This document shows, piece by piece, positions 9,101 through 16,511 of a stretch of DNA of 36,611 bases. The position numbers were made by a program, and so were the translations under genes. Positions within the stretch are counted from its first letter, which is position 1, and each line of letters starts with the position of its first letter. The DNA is from a virus (lineage: Duplodnaviria; Heunggongvirae; Uroviricota; Caudoviricetes), in IMG/VR virus record IMGVR_UViG_2537561930_000005. The stretch is one strand, 5' to 3'. The notes below the pieces were generated by a model. The model had not been told where the DNA came from. It saw only the letters and a list, made by a program, of their open reading frames with translations, and searched no databases.

Positions 9101-10152
9101 AAGATTTCATAGCCAGTCCGCAGGCCGGTATTCCCTTTTCCTTCTGTGGCAGATTTCCGGTCATTATCCAGTGCGCAGGTGATTTTTGCCGCCGGGTACA
9201 TGTTTACCAGTTGTTCCACAACATGAACCATGTTGTTAGCGGATACAGCGACAACCACAGCGTCAAAGCGTTTATCTTTTTTCGTGGCAAGCCAGATGGA
9301 TGCACCAGTAGCAAAACCTTCTGTAACAGCGATGTTTTGCGCCCCTTTCAGCTCACCGATAACAAAGCAGGCACCGACGAAATCGCCGCTGGTTACTGCG
9401 CTGGTCTGGTATTTTCCACCTTGTTTGTCGATTCGCTGCCAACCCACAATACGACCATCGTAACGACCGTCCAGGTGAGCCAGAGGGATAGCCATATACG
9501 TGGTTGGCCCCCTGCTCCATTTTGCGCTGTCGTGACTGGTCACGCGACGCACATCACACGAATTAAAAACGTCACGAATACCTTTTTTAATCGCATATGG
9601 CCATGAGCCGTCTTCTGCAGGAGCATGTTCCCACGCGCTGTGAAATGCCAGCCATCCCAGCAAACGTTCATGGTCAATTTGGTTGTTTTTCAGGTCATTA
9701 ATTCGTTTTTGTTCTTCACGGCGACGACGTGCTTCGGCCTGACGTTCTATTCTTGCCCGTTCTTCTTCCGGTTGTGCGACCACGGTCGCATTATTCCGTT
9801 GTTGCTCACGGCGATATTCAGAAAACAGGAAGGAGAAACCGCTCCATGAGCCAGCATCGCTGCCTTTATGGACGAAGTTAATGAACGGGTAATCAATCCC
9901 TTTGCTGTGTTCCAGCCGGGAGTAAATTTCTACGCGTCCTTTGAGGCTCTTCTCGAGAGCTTCTGGAGATGTTTTATTGTATGAAGAGTAACGCTCAACA
10001 CCCCCGCGAGGGTTGAGTTGGATGTTGTCGGAACAGGCAGGCCAGTTGATACCAGCCATCTGTGCCAGCTCGGTTAGTTCATCCCGTGCTGCTTCAATTA
10101 GCGAGAACGGATCGCTGCCAAAGCGATCCGCATAGAAATCGTTTAATGTCAT
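6157..10152 (-). CDS. repA: Replication protein RepA, primase-helicase fusion, 1331 aa
   Basis: Giant ORF with Walker A (GMGSGKST) helicase region and N-terminal primase-like region. Size and position (divergent from telN, adjacent to cB) match N15 repA, which I recall is ~1324 aa. Confidence 0.8.
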   Translation of the reverse strand: MTLNDFYADRFGSDPFSLIEAARDELTELAQMAGINWPACSDNIQLNPRGGVERYSSYNKTSPEALEKSLKGRVEIYSRLEHSKGIDYPFINFVHKGSDAGSWSGFSFLFSEYRREQQRNNATVVAQPEEERARIERQAEARRRREEQKRINDLKNNQIDHERLLGWLAFHSAWEHAPAEDGSWPYAIKKGIRDVFNSCDVRRVTSHDSAKWSRGPTTYMAIPLAHLDGRYDGRIVGWQRIDKQGGKYQTSAVTSGDFVGACFVIGELKGAQNIAVTEGFATGASIWLATKKDKRFDAVVVAVSANNMVHVVEQLVNMYPAAKITCALDNDRKSATEGKGNTGLRTGYEILSKFNDVRCVYPTFEDDPQMECSDFNDLHKLRGLRETARQLFATANRLKTGTDLLSLTLNRLKTIKRDNRRTFAKELLRAVDIGMLTCPVPNSPSDLFNMFCIVLREMGLENIYRATVKDHIARRLNKKCRIAQAPRSFSERITDPNKRPQHITYKRFETSVMTDDVLKYVQSLQGIVIVRAGMGSGKSTGLLRPLMHSSERGISVAHRVSLIGGLWEMMTEGKGVKADILHYQDPGYQEMAPYASKLTICINSIVKNCWQPLMRQHDYFGFDEATQGLRAVLSGRAMENPVAVFNTLIDALARTEQHPIMVDADANDLLVDLAELAMKRREELGLPAWLQIHVIELPVDVRNRETGEPIRVFYTEKDRIMTEVVKAVSDGEKIMLATDSSTFAEDVTATLRMHFPGKKFLCVNQKNKPEPEVEAFTNQPKKMVKKYDGLIYSPSISSGVSIEQKHFDRHFGMFCGEVVPSDAVQMLRRDRTAKEFIIGFDKARAKRETDPQKIERAFAQALLATAGMNGELTDVVFDGDRISMGVANTDFTRMKIKAAAIEATARNDYASNMICIMHSDGYKVSPLATDYAANDIGKELRKEARDIVWEQTLDLHLNTETPQESEREELLKKRALTLEEQAKLVRWDIENELKLPVEEGTLKFYFDGARDKVRRYETMLLDEVTARRYDREEAAINFTYAYRQAGQWQYFVVTAMTREQADDVFKTKFPGIIDHKVKATPTVEVGARGFYALKSATLRQYFIDCGINPETMTGEATQERLKFARDNLMTAERRDLLNNVLHIGGFMTPKGKPKVPEALFKNICDSLGLKTGKRRGRDGDKRPTLRFVEPESAAFMLDILAQRQKDGLTLKTRKAEKTAIEMDRDLDLNIYMDDKTRSTNEQVQNAPHSVISEALAVLPVVVPESWAMSALSGEELATMSSWSSASIAMTFASLYLTEFMDHLSSNELRRLREYITGNSPCSYEEQGAFYG
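6436..6490. other. Candidate internal replication origin element within the 3' part of repA
   Basis: Inverted repeat GGATCGCG (6439-6446) / CGCGATCC (6480-6487) flanking an AT-rich spacer containing TATATATAT; three GATC sites within ~50 bp. Confidence 0.3.
9775..9790. other. sopC-like partition (centromere) site copy 1, TGCGACCACGGTCGCA, inside repA
   Basis: 16-bp element with 7-bp inverted arms around AC. Exact 16-mer is repeated at 12218 and 16512. Differs at 2 positions from the F SopB-binding core TGGGACCACGGTCCCA as I recall it. Confidence 0.6.
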
Positions 10153-10273
10153 TTTTTAGCCATTCCATGCGAATTATGTTTTTTCGGGTTGAAAAAATCC
10201 GCAGGAGCAGCCACAATAAACGCATCTTGAATTGACGGAATCCGTCGCTTTGTTGTGGCTGCTTCCTGAAAAG

Positions 10274-10303
10274 GACCCGAGTTTGCCGACTCGGGTTTTT
10301 TTT
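10274..10303 (+). terminator. Rho-independent terminator (stem CCCGAGT/ACTCGGG, loop TTGCCG, T8)
   Basis: Direct read: perfect 7-bp GC-rich stem followed by 8 T on the plus strand, between repA start and cB end. May also act on the minus strand. Confidence 0.6.
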
Positions 10304-10397
10304 CGTCTTTTTTCTGCTGCTGTAACCTGAGTCAACCCACAGAACATATGCCCTGCATTAAACCAGATTTACAGCAAACAATAAACCCCGTATTAAG

Positions 10398-10994
10398 TCA
10401 TCTACCCTCAACCATGAATGATTTGATCGTTCCGACTATTTGGTGAACAAATTCAAGATCGCTTTTCCTGAAGATAGCGCGTTGTGAGTTTGTTCCATCC
10501 AGATAGTAATTTTCATCATCAAAACGGGCTAGGCGCTGGATAGTGATATTTCCTGCAGTATCACGAACCAGAACATCCTCGCCGGGGACCAGTTCCAGCG
10601 CAGAATCGACCAGGAGAAAATCGCCTGGCTGATAGTTTCCCTGCGTAAGATTGCTGATAGTTAACGCATACACAGTATTGCGCTGGCTGATGAATGGCAG
10701 GAATCGCTCAGTATTTGGAACCTGTCCCGGCTTCCACTCTTCATCAGGCCCACTTTCAGTTGTGCCAATAACAGGAATGCGATCAGGGTCATATTCTGTC
10801 CCATATAGCACCCAATGTACTGGCTTGCGTAAGCACTTAGCCAGGGCAATACCTATCTCCAGTGACGGCATTACGTCGCCACGTTCTAAGTTTTGGACGC
10901 CTGCTATAGAGATATCGACAGCCTCAGCAACTTCTCGCAACGTCAGCTTCATCTCTAAACGGCGTGCTTTCAGTCGTTCGCCTCGTGTTTTCAT
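10398..10994 (-). CDS. cB: Prophage repressor CB (CI-like, N-terminal HTH), 198 aa
   Basis: HTH_XRE segment LTLREVAEAVDISIAGVQNLERG, CI/LexA-like C-terminal fold, divergent from a cro-like gene with palindromic operators between them. Confidence 0.8.
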   Translation of the reverse strand: MKTRGERLKARRLEMKLTLREVAEAVDISIAGVQNLERGDVMPSLEIGIALAKCLRKPVHWVLYGTEYDPDRIPVIGTTESGPDEEWKPGQVPNTERFLPFISQRNTVYALTISNLTQGNYQPGDFLLVDSALELVPGEDVLVRDTAGNITIQRLARFDDENYYLDGTNSQRAIFRKSDLEFVHQIVGTIKSFMVEGR

Positions 10995-11016
10995 ACTGTA
11001 ATCATAAATGATCTTC

Positions 11017-11032
11017 TTATAGCTGGCTATAA
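11017..11032. promoter_or_regulatory. Operator OR copy A, TTATAGCTGGCTATAA
   Basis: Near-perfect 16-bp palindrome in the cB-cro divergent intergenic region. Confidence 0.65.
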
Positions 11033-11042
11033 AATTTATTTA

Positions 11043-11058
11043 TTATAGCTGGCTTTAA
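11043..11058. promoter_or_regulatory. Operator OR copy B, TTATAGCTGGCTTTAA
   Basis: Second copy 26 bp centre-to-centre from copy A; TATAAT-like -10 at 11074-11079 just before the cro ATG. Confidence 0.6.
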
Positions 11059-11085
11059 TTATTGTTTATTGTTTATAATAACAAC

Positions 11086-11307
11086 ATGAAACCAGAAGAA
11101 CTTATTCGCCACTTTGGCAGTGTTGAAAAAGCAGCGGCAGGGGTAGGTGTAACACCCGGAGCTGTTTACCAATGGTTAACCGCTGGAGAGATTCCTTCAT
11201 TGCGGCAAAGCGATATTGAAGTTCGTACTGCTTACAAGCTGAAGAGTGACTTTACAACTCGGCGGGTAAAGCAGTCGATTAAGGAGAGTCGTAAGCGTGG
11301 AGCTTGA
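11086..11307 (+). CDS. cro: Cro-like repressor (HTH), 73 aa
   Basis: HTH FGSVEKAAAGVGVTPGAVYQWL; divergent from cB. Possibly leaderless, as the -10 lies immediately upstream. Start codon uncertain. Confidence 0.6.
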   Translation: MKPEELIRHFGSVEKAAAGVGVTPGAVYQWLTAGEIPSLRQSDIEVRTAYKLKSDFTTRRVKQSIKESRKRGA

Positions 11308-12007
11308 GTATATACGCAGCTGCGTCTCTACGGCATTGGCTGATGTTCATTATCGCCAGCGTGGCATTCTGGAGGTCCAGCTTGAGCAGATGCGTCTCGG
11401 TAGATCAGGACGGTTTAACAATAAACCAGTCCGGTCAATCAGTGTGGGGGATGATAACTCATACGAAGTGTCCGTTCCCGCTGAGCCGGTTAGATTCCAC
11501 CAGGGGAAAACATTTAAACAATCATCAATGTTGCTCACTGATATTGATTTTCAGAGCGCCAGCTGGCGCAGGGCTATTTGTCAGTTGAATAACGAGGAAT
11601 CAGCCTGGCTTTATTATTGCTACGGATGCAAGCCTGACTACAACAATGATGTGATTGTTTGTCAGTGGTTATGGCTTGATTTTCTGGTTGCTCATTCGGG
11701 GGGCGGCTTTAAAAAAATGAAGGCCTCCACGAAAAAAGCCATGCGGAAATTGATTTATTACGCGGCACAGCAGGTTAAATCAGAACTTACGTGTGCTGAG
11801 GCAGTTGATGAGAGAGAACAGGACAGGCATCTGAGTTTTCTACTGAATATATCTATTGATAGCTGGAGACAAGATTATAAAGAACGCTGGCTTTTAATTA
11901 AGTCGCGATGTCTGAGCTTAAATCGAACCGCATTATTAAATGCGGCGGAGAAGCGCAGTGAAATCATCAAACGCCATCGGGCAGGAAGTGCCATTCTGCC
12001 TTTGTAA
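11297..12007 (+). CDS. Putative late-gene regulator (Q-like antiterminator?), 236 aa
   Basis: GTG start with RBS AAGGAGAG, overlapping the cro stop. Position matches N15 Q by recollection only; no diagnostic motif verified. Confidence 0.35.
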   Translation: MELEYIRSCVSTALADVHYRQRGILEVQLEQMRLGRSGRFNNKPVRSISVGDDNSYEVSVPAEPVRFHQGKTFKQSSMLLTDIDFQSASWRRAICQLNNEESAWLYYCYGCKPDYNNDVIVCQWLWLDFLVAHSGGGFKKMKASTKKAMRKLIYYAAQQVKSELTCAEAVDEREQDRHLSFLLNISIDSWRQDYKERWLLIKSRCLSLNRTALLNAAEKRSEIIKRHRAGSAILPL

Positions 12008-12260
12008 ACAAGTTATGTTCAGGAAACCGTCGAAGCCAGAATTAAGGTATTCGGGGGTAAGAAATGAATATGTCATCTGGTGTCCAACTTGCGGTTACAG
12101 GACACGACCCGATAGTAATAAGCAGTCTGTAATTGCCGATTGGTATTTATCAAATCAGCCAGGTAATAAGCATATAGAAAATCTTTGGATTAAGCGTTAT
12201 CTGGAAATTAGAGAGGGTGCGACCACGGTCGCACAAGAAAATGAAAATAACGCCATTTAA
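11940..12260 (+). CDS. Small zinc-ribbon protein (CxC...CPTCG), possibly Lar-like
   Basis: Cys pairs CLC and CPTCGY. The ATG at 11940 overlaps the Q-like gene; alternative start at 12015. Confidence 0.3.
   Translation: MRRRSAVKSSNAIGQEVPFCLCKQVMFRKPSKPELRYSGVRNEYVIWCPTCGYRTRPDSNKQSVIADWYLSNQPGNKHIENLWIKRYLEIREGATTVAQENENNAI
12218..12233. other. sopC-like partition site copy 2 (TGCGACCACGGTCGCA)
   Basis: Exact repeat of the 16-mer at 9775; lies within the 3' end of the zinc-ribbon ORF. Confidence 0.6.
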
Positions 12261-12444
12261 ACAGGGGCCGATGACGCATGATGAGGCAGAGCGTCTTTCA
12301 GATACTTATCGGCGGCGTGGTAAGAAAGTTCTGGTTGTTCGTTCTGATTTTTTAGGTGATGGATATTGCGTTTATGTTCATTTACCTGAATCAGAAAGAG
12401 CACCAAAACCATCCAGAACATATCAACAGAAGTTTTGGGCATAG
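12241..12444 (+). CDS. Hypothetical small protein (start uncertain: 12241 or 12271)
   Basis: ORF only; no recognised domain. Confidence 0.3.
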   Translation: MKITPFKQGPMTHDEAERLSDTYRRRGKKVLVVRSDFLGDGYCVYVHLPESERAPKPSRTYQQKFWA

Positions 12445-12467
12445 ATAAACATTGAGGAGAATTATTC

Positions 12468-13067
12468 GTGACTAATCAGATAATTTACGACAGGAAACGG
12501 TCTGATGTAATGATTGACCTTGAAACAATGGGTACTAATACATGTGCTCCAATTGTTTCTATCGGGGCAGTGTTTTTTTCTCCTGAAAGTGAGGAATTAG
12601 GTGCCACTTTTTATGTACCAGTGAATCTCAGAAGCTCGATGTTAAATGGTGGTGTTGCCGATGGTGATACCATTTTATGGTGGTTGCGGCAGAGCAAGGA
12701 AGCCAGAGCCGCAATTTGTACTAATGATGCCCTTGATATTAATGATGCACTTTTTGAATTATCACACTTTATTACTTGCCATGCTTGTAATTTAAAAACA
12801 TTGAAAGTATGGGGAAATGGAGCAACGTTCGATAATGTAATTTTACGCGGCGCTTATGAGCGCGTTGGCTTATCCTGTCCGTGGGAATATTTTAATGATC
12901 AGGATGTTCGAACAATCGTTAATCTTGGTCAGTTTATTGGTTTTAATCCTAAAAAAGATATGCCATTTGATGGCGAACGACACAATGCCCTGGCTGATGC
13001 TATTCATCAGGCTAAATATGTATCTGCAATTTTCTCCCGTCTTGTAAAAGGGCAAGGAGAATCGTAA
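12468..13067 (+). CDS. DnaQ-like 3'-5' exonuclease (DEDDh), 199 aa
   Basis: GTG start with RBS GAGGAG. Motifs MIDLETMG (Exo I D-x-E) and HNALADA (Exo III H-x4-D). Confidence 0.65.
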   Translation: MTNQIIYDRKRSDVMIDLETMGTNTCAPIVSIGAVFFSPESEELGATFYVPVNLRSSMLNGGVADGDTILWWLRQSKEARAAICTNDALDINDALFELSHFITCHACNLKTLKVWGNGATFDNVILRGAYERVGLSCPWEYFNDQDVRTIVNLGQFIGFNPKKDMPFDGERHNALADAIHQAKYVSAIFSRLVKGQGES

Positions 13068-13486
13068 TGGCAAAGGCTTTTACACCAGAACAGAGGGAAG
13101 AACTGAATAAACAAATTGTGGAACTCGTGCGCCTGAATGGACGAGGAACGGTTAGGCAACTTGCGGATGAAACTGGTATTAGCCGGTGTGCTGTTAGTCG
13201 TTTATCAAGAGAGCTTGCTGCCAGTGGTGATTTGTATATCTCTGGCTCCGGGATATTTCTGTCTGCACAAGCACGCAAGGACTGGCAAAACGCCCGTAAA
13301 AAACTATCAAGAGTAAAGCCGAAGAAATCGGTAGTGGTTGATCCAGACCTTATCTGGTCATTACCTGACGGAGAAATACGTCGCTACGACAGGCGCCTGA
13401 ACATGATTTGTCACGATTGTCGGAAGAGCGAAGTTATGCAGCGTGTGTTGGCGTTTTATCAGGGAAATTTTCAGGAGGTGGCGTAG
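13067..13486 (+). CDS. Winged-HTH DNA-binding protein, 139 aa
   Basis: Segment TVRQLADETGISRCAVSRLSREL resembles an HTH. ATG overlaps the upstream stop (TAATG). Confidence 0.45.
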   Translation: MAKAFTPEQREELNKQIVELVRLNGRGTVRQLADETGISRCAVSRLSRELAASGDLYISGSGIFLSAQARKDWQNARKKLSRVKPKKSVVVDPDLIWSLPDGEIRRYDRRLNMICHDCRKSEVMQRVLAFYQGNFQEVA

Positions 13487-13776
13487 TGAATATCGACACC
13501 ACGATAACGATCGATATGGCCCTAAATACCGGTCTGGCACTTCTCGGTTGGTTTTACATCATGTTCAGTGCGGGGAAGTGGGCGGCCTCTGTTTTTCTAA
13601 AGCAGTGGGGAAAGCGCCGCAAACAGGAAAAACGCCAGAAAGCGTTGGAGGCGTTCTATGACGCATTTGAACTTGGCCGCATTGAACCAGGTACAACAGC
13701 CAGGATAGCGACAAAAGGCGACCTGATGATAGTGATGTTCCGACAGGAGAGAGCAGAGAAAGGGGGATCAGCATGA
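13486..13776 (+). CDS. Small membrane protein (~96 aa)
   Basis: GTG at 13486 with RBS AGGAGG 7 nt upstream. Hydrophobic helix LALLGWFYIMF followed by a basic tail. Confidence 0.4.
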   Translation: MNIDTTITIDMALNTGLALLGWFYIMFSAGKWAASVFLKQWGKRRKQEKRQKALEAFYDAFELGRIEPGTTARIATKGDLMIVMFRQERAEKGGSA

Positions 13777-14432
13777 AATTTTCCAAATTTTCTGAGTTGG
13801 TGAATCGTATTTTGTCCAACAACCACAGCCATCGTCGCGATATGGATGTAACAATCGTTGTTCATTCGCCTGGCAGCATTGGTTCAACACCTTCAGTTGA
13901 GGTTCAGTCAATTCACGCTGGTTTTGATTGGGATTCCGGGAAAGTGCTTATTTTCCCAACACAGCCACTGACCACGCTAACACCAGAACAGATTACTGAT
14001 ATTACTGATAGTGTGCGCAAAGGTCAGTCTTGGCACGCATATCAGGAATATAAAAAGCATAAAGAGCAGTTGGAAAAATTGTCGATTGAGTTGGAATCAG
14101 CCAAAAATCACATAGCAGAACTGGAAGCCAAACCTGTAAGCCAAACTTACAAGTTAACTTTTGAGCAATGGCTGGAACAGCAGCATGACAAAATTGATGT
14201 TGATTGTGGATGTGTAAGTACAGAAATGCTTATGCACTGGATAAGGGTCGCGTATGAGGCTGGCAACTCTCCGGTAACTCCGGATGGTCATATTCAGTTT
14301 TCTGTTTCACTTCCTGCAGCATGTGGTGGAGATAAATATTTTATTGATGGTGTATTTCAACCTTTGAGATATGAGCGTGACTGTGAAAAAGCGGTTGTGG
14401 CCGCTGGCGGTGTAGTTAATTGGGTTAAGTAA
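13773..14432 (+). CDS. Hypothetical protein with central coiled coil, 219 aa
   Basis: ATG overlaps the upstream stop (ATGA) with RBS AGGGGGA. No recognised domain. Confidence 0.5.
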   Translation: MKFSKFSELVNRILSNNHSHRRDMDVTIVVHSPGSIGSTPSVEVQSIHAGFDWDSGKVLIFPTQPLTTLTPEQITDITDSVRKGQSWHAYQEYKKHKEQLEKLSIELESAKNHIAELEAKPVSQTYKLTFEQWLEQQHDKIDVDCGCVSTEMLMHWIRVAYEAGNSPVTPDGHIQFSVSLPAACGGDKYFIDGVFQPLRYERDCEKAVVAAGGVVNWVK

Positions 14433-14447
14433 TTTTCAGGAGGATTT

Positions 14448-14774
14448 ATGGCGCTGACAGCTGCAGAACGGCAAAGGAGACGCAGGGAACGGTTGAAGAA
14501 GGAAGGCACATCAAGACGGGACTGGATTCTGGAACCTGACGAGTTACGTATGTTGGGGGAAATTTGTGTATTGCGTAGACCAGGGCGAGTTCCATATTCA
14601 GAGAACGAAGTCATCGGACTGCTGATCAGGAAAAACTATAAGGAGTTGCAGAAACAGCTATCTACTACTTGTCCGCGATGTGGTCAAAGAATGCCTGTTT
14701 CAGAATGCATTTTTGATGGTGAAGGCTCATGCCACCTTACAACCACGAGGCTGAAACTTGCGCTCAAAGTGTGA
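14448..14774 (+). CDS. Hypothetical basic protein with C-terminal zinc ribbon (CPRCG...C..C), 108 aa
   Basis: RBS AGGAGG; Arg-rich N-terminus; Cys cluster. Confidence 0.45.
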   Translation: MALTAAERQRRRRERLKKEGTSRRDWILEPDELRMLGEICVLRRPGRVPYSENEVIGLLIRKNYKELQKQLSTTCPRCGQRMPVSECIFDGEGSCHLTTTRLKLALKV

Positions 14775-14792
14775 CTGGTCACGGAGGGGTAA

Positions 14793-14948
14793 ATGGACAA
14801 AAAGGCATTGCTTTTTGAAATGATACGAAAACGGAGCGAAAAGAGCTTTTCTGATGGTGGTGATGGGCTTTTGGAAGTGGTTGGGCGAGGCGCAGGAAGG
14901 GAACATAAGTATCGGACTACAAAGATATTTAACCAGTTAATCCATTGA
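14793..14948 (+). CDS. Hypothetical small protein (51 aa)
   Basis: Hand-translated ORF not in the supplied track. Strong RBS GGAGGGG 5 nt upstream of the ATG. Confidence 0.3.
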   Translation: MDKKALLFEMIRKRSEKSFSDGGDGLLEVVGRGAGREHKYRTTKIFNQLIH

Positions 14949-14965
14949 AAGCTGGCTATAAAATT
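14945..14965. promoter_or_regulatory. Third copy of the cB operator motif (AGCTGGCTATAAAATTT shared with OR copy A)
   Basis: 17-nt exact match to 11021-11037, in an AT-rich region upstream of the gene at 15017. Confidence 0.5.
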
Positions 14966-15016
14966 TGAGTTTTACCCTGTAATTTTATACAGTATCAAAT
15001 AACCTTTTTTAATTAA

Positions 15017-15235
15017 ATGGTATTAGATTCAATGACTGAAGCACCTGTATCAACTCTTGAAGAACTCGGATCAAACCTAAAAGACATCGACGCCGTTTTG
15101 GATCTGGTTAGCGTTGCTCTGGCTTCTCCAGAAGCCAGCTTGCATCTTGGCGAGATTTCACGACTTGTTAGTATGTCGCGGGAGATAGCTCAGAATTGCC
15201 AACAAGTTATTGCTGTTGAGAGTTTACATCATTGA
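15017..15235 (+). CDS. Hypothetical small acidic protein (72 aa)
   Basis: ORF downstream of the operator-like site; start uncertain. Confidence 0.35.
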   Translation: MVLDSMTEAPVSTLEELGSNLKDIDAVLDLVSVALASPEASLHLGEISRLVSMSREIAQNCQQVIAVESLHH

Positions 15236-15278
15236 TACACACCCCGCCCTTCCGGACGGGGTAGCGAAAAGGGTCTAA

Positions 15279-15566
15279 TCAATAGACGGCATTAATATTA
15301 ATCGTTGCACCGCATGCTTGGGCATATTTTGATAAAGTTTTCATGCTTGCCCCTAAAGGATTGCTTTCCAGGCGGCTGATAGCTGACGGGCGCAATCCCA
15401 TTCGTTCAGCCAGAGCTGACTTCGTTAAACCTGCTCTTTCCCTCATTTCGTATAACATTTCGACCATCTCCAGCTCTTTATCGGCCTCTTCATATCCTTT
15501 GATGGCTTCTGGAGTGTTGAGAAGTTTTTCTTTTACTTCGTTAAACGGGATGCCTTTCGCTTTCAT
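15279..15566 (-). CDS. HTH_XRE antitoxin (HigA-like), 95 aa
   Basis: HTH LTKSALAERMGLRPSAISRLE. ATG overlaps the toxin stop (TGATG); RBS AAGGAG lies within the toxin 3' end. Confidence 0.7.
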   Translation of the reverse strand: MKAKGIPFNEVKEKLLNTPEAIKGYEEADKELEMVEMLYEMRERAGLTKSALAERMGLRPSAISRLESNPLGASMKTLSKYAQACGATININAVY

Positions 15567-15877
15567 CAGTTCATCTCCTTCAGGCGAGTTCTGGCGATTT
15601 CGATAGCCTTCACCGGTGTTTTCTGTGTCTTTTTTACAAATGCATGCAATAGATAAATTTCGTTACCAGTCGCGTAGGCGTACAGCGTTCTTGCGATGTT
15701 TTTATCCCCTACTCGTAGTTCAAAAAGCCCTCCACCTATTACACGGCTATGGGGCATCTTCAGTTTGTTGCCTTCTTTCTCCAGTCGCTCAATTAATCTG
15801 GTCATGCGACCTCGCAAATCATCTGGTAGTTCAAGCAGTTCATCCAGTGCTGCAGGGTGGGTTATCACGTTAAACAT
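15566..15877 (-). CDS. RelE/ParE-superfamily toxin, HigB / Gp49-like, 103 aa
   Basis: Size, toxin-first order and sequence character match the phage Gp49-like (HigB-type) killer family, which was named after N15 gp49. Confidence 0.65.
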   Translation of the reverse strand: MFNVITHPAALDELLELPDDLRGRMTRLIERLEKEGNKLKMPHSRVIGGGLFELRVGDKNIARTLYAYATGNEIYLLHAFVKKTQKTPVKAIEIARTRLKEMN

Positions 15878-15935
15878 ATTATAGCCTCCATATCCATAAA
15901 ATACACCAAAACAAGAAAACAGCGCAAATTAAAAA

Positions 15936-15953
15936 TTTCACTAAAAAGTGAAA
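15936..15953. promoter_or_regulatory. Palindrome TTTCACT-AAAA-AGTGAAA, putative toxin-antitoxin operator
   Basis: Perfect 7-bp inverted arms ~60-80 bp upstream of the toxin start, in the divergent intergenic region. Confidence 0.45.
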
Positions 15954-16042
15954 AATAACACTGGATGTGTTCGTTTGGCAGAGTTACAGTTCGTGTCATT
16001 GAGGGGCAATAACCCACTAACTATATGAATTTGGAGGATATT

Positions 16043-16264
16043 ATGAATTATCAAGGTAACGAAAAAATGCGCGACGACGTTGCGGAGATAGCTAACGAAC
16101 TGTATGAGTTGTGGCAGAAGGTTGAACGTTTCGAAAAGGAATATGGTTTCAACAGTACCAACCTAGCAGACCGACTGGCTGGTCGCTTAGTTGGGACTAT
16201 GGGGCCAAAACTGGCTGAGTTGAACCGCTTTATGGCTGATGTTGATTTCCAGTTTCAAGATTGA
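16043..16264 (+). CDS. Hypothetical small protein (~73 aa)
   Basis: ATG at 16043 with RBS GGAGGA; an upstream in-frame ATG at 16025 is also possible. Confidence 0.4.
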   Translation: MNYQGNEKMRDDVAEIANELYELWQKVERFEKEYGFNSTNLADRLAGRLVGTMGPKLAELNRFMADVDFQFQD

Positions 16265-16277
16265 TTAGAGAGGCGTT

Positions 16278-16505
16278 ATGAATATTAATGAAATTCGTGG
16301 AAATATGACTGAAGCGGCCCTGAGTGTGGAATGTGTTATGCGTGGATACCCACGCATTTCCCTGAAAGAGTTAAGCGAAGCCTGTTTTTTGAGTCAGGCT
16401 GCCGTTGAATTTATCATCGAACAGATGATCTGTTTTGGGATTGCAAAGCGTAGCGGGTCTGGTCGATATTCTTTGACCGATGAATATAAGCAGGCAACTT
16501 TCTAA
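16278..16505 (+). CDS. Hypothetical small protein (75 aa)
   Basis: RBS GAGAGG; ORF only. Confidence 0.4.
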   Translation: MNINEIRGNMTEAALSVECVMRGYPRISLKELSEACFLSQAAVEFIIEQMICFGIAKRSGSGRYSLTDEYKQATF

Positions 16506-16511
16506 AAACTG

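Noticed and set aside
6157-10152. Numerous 60-130 aa ORFs on the opposite strand or in other frames within repA
   Set aside because: Entirely nested antisense within a continuous 1331-aa gene; typical spurious frames.
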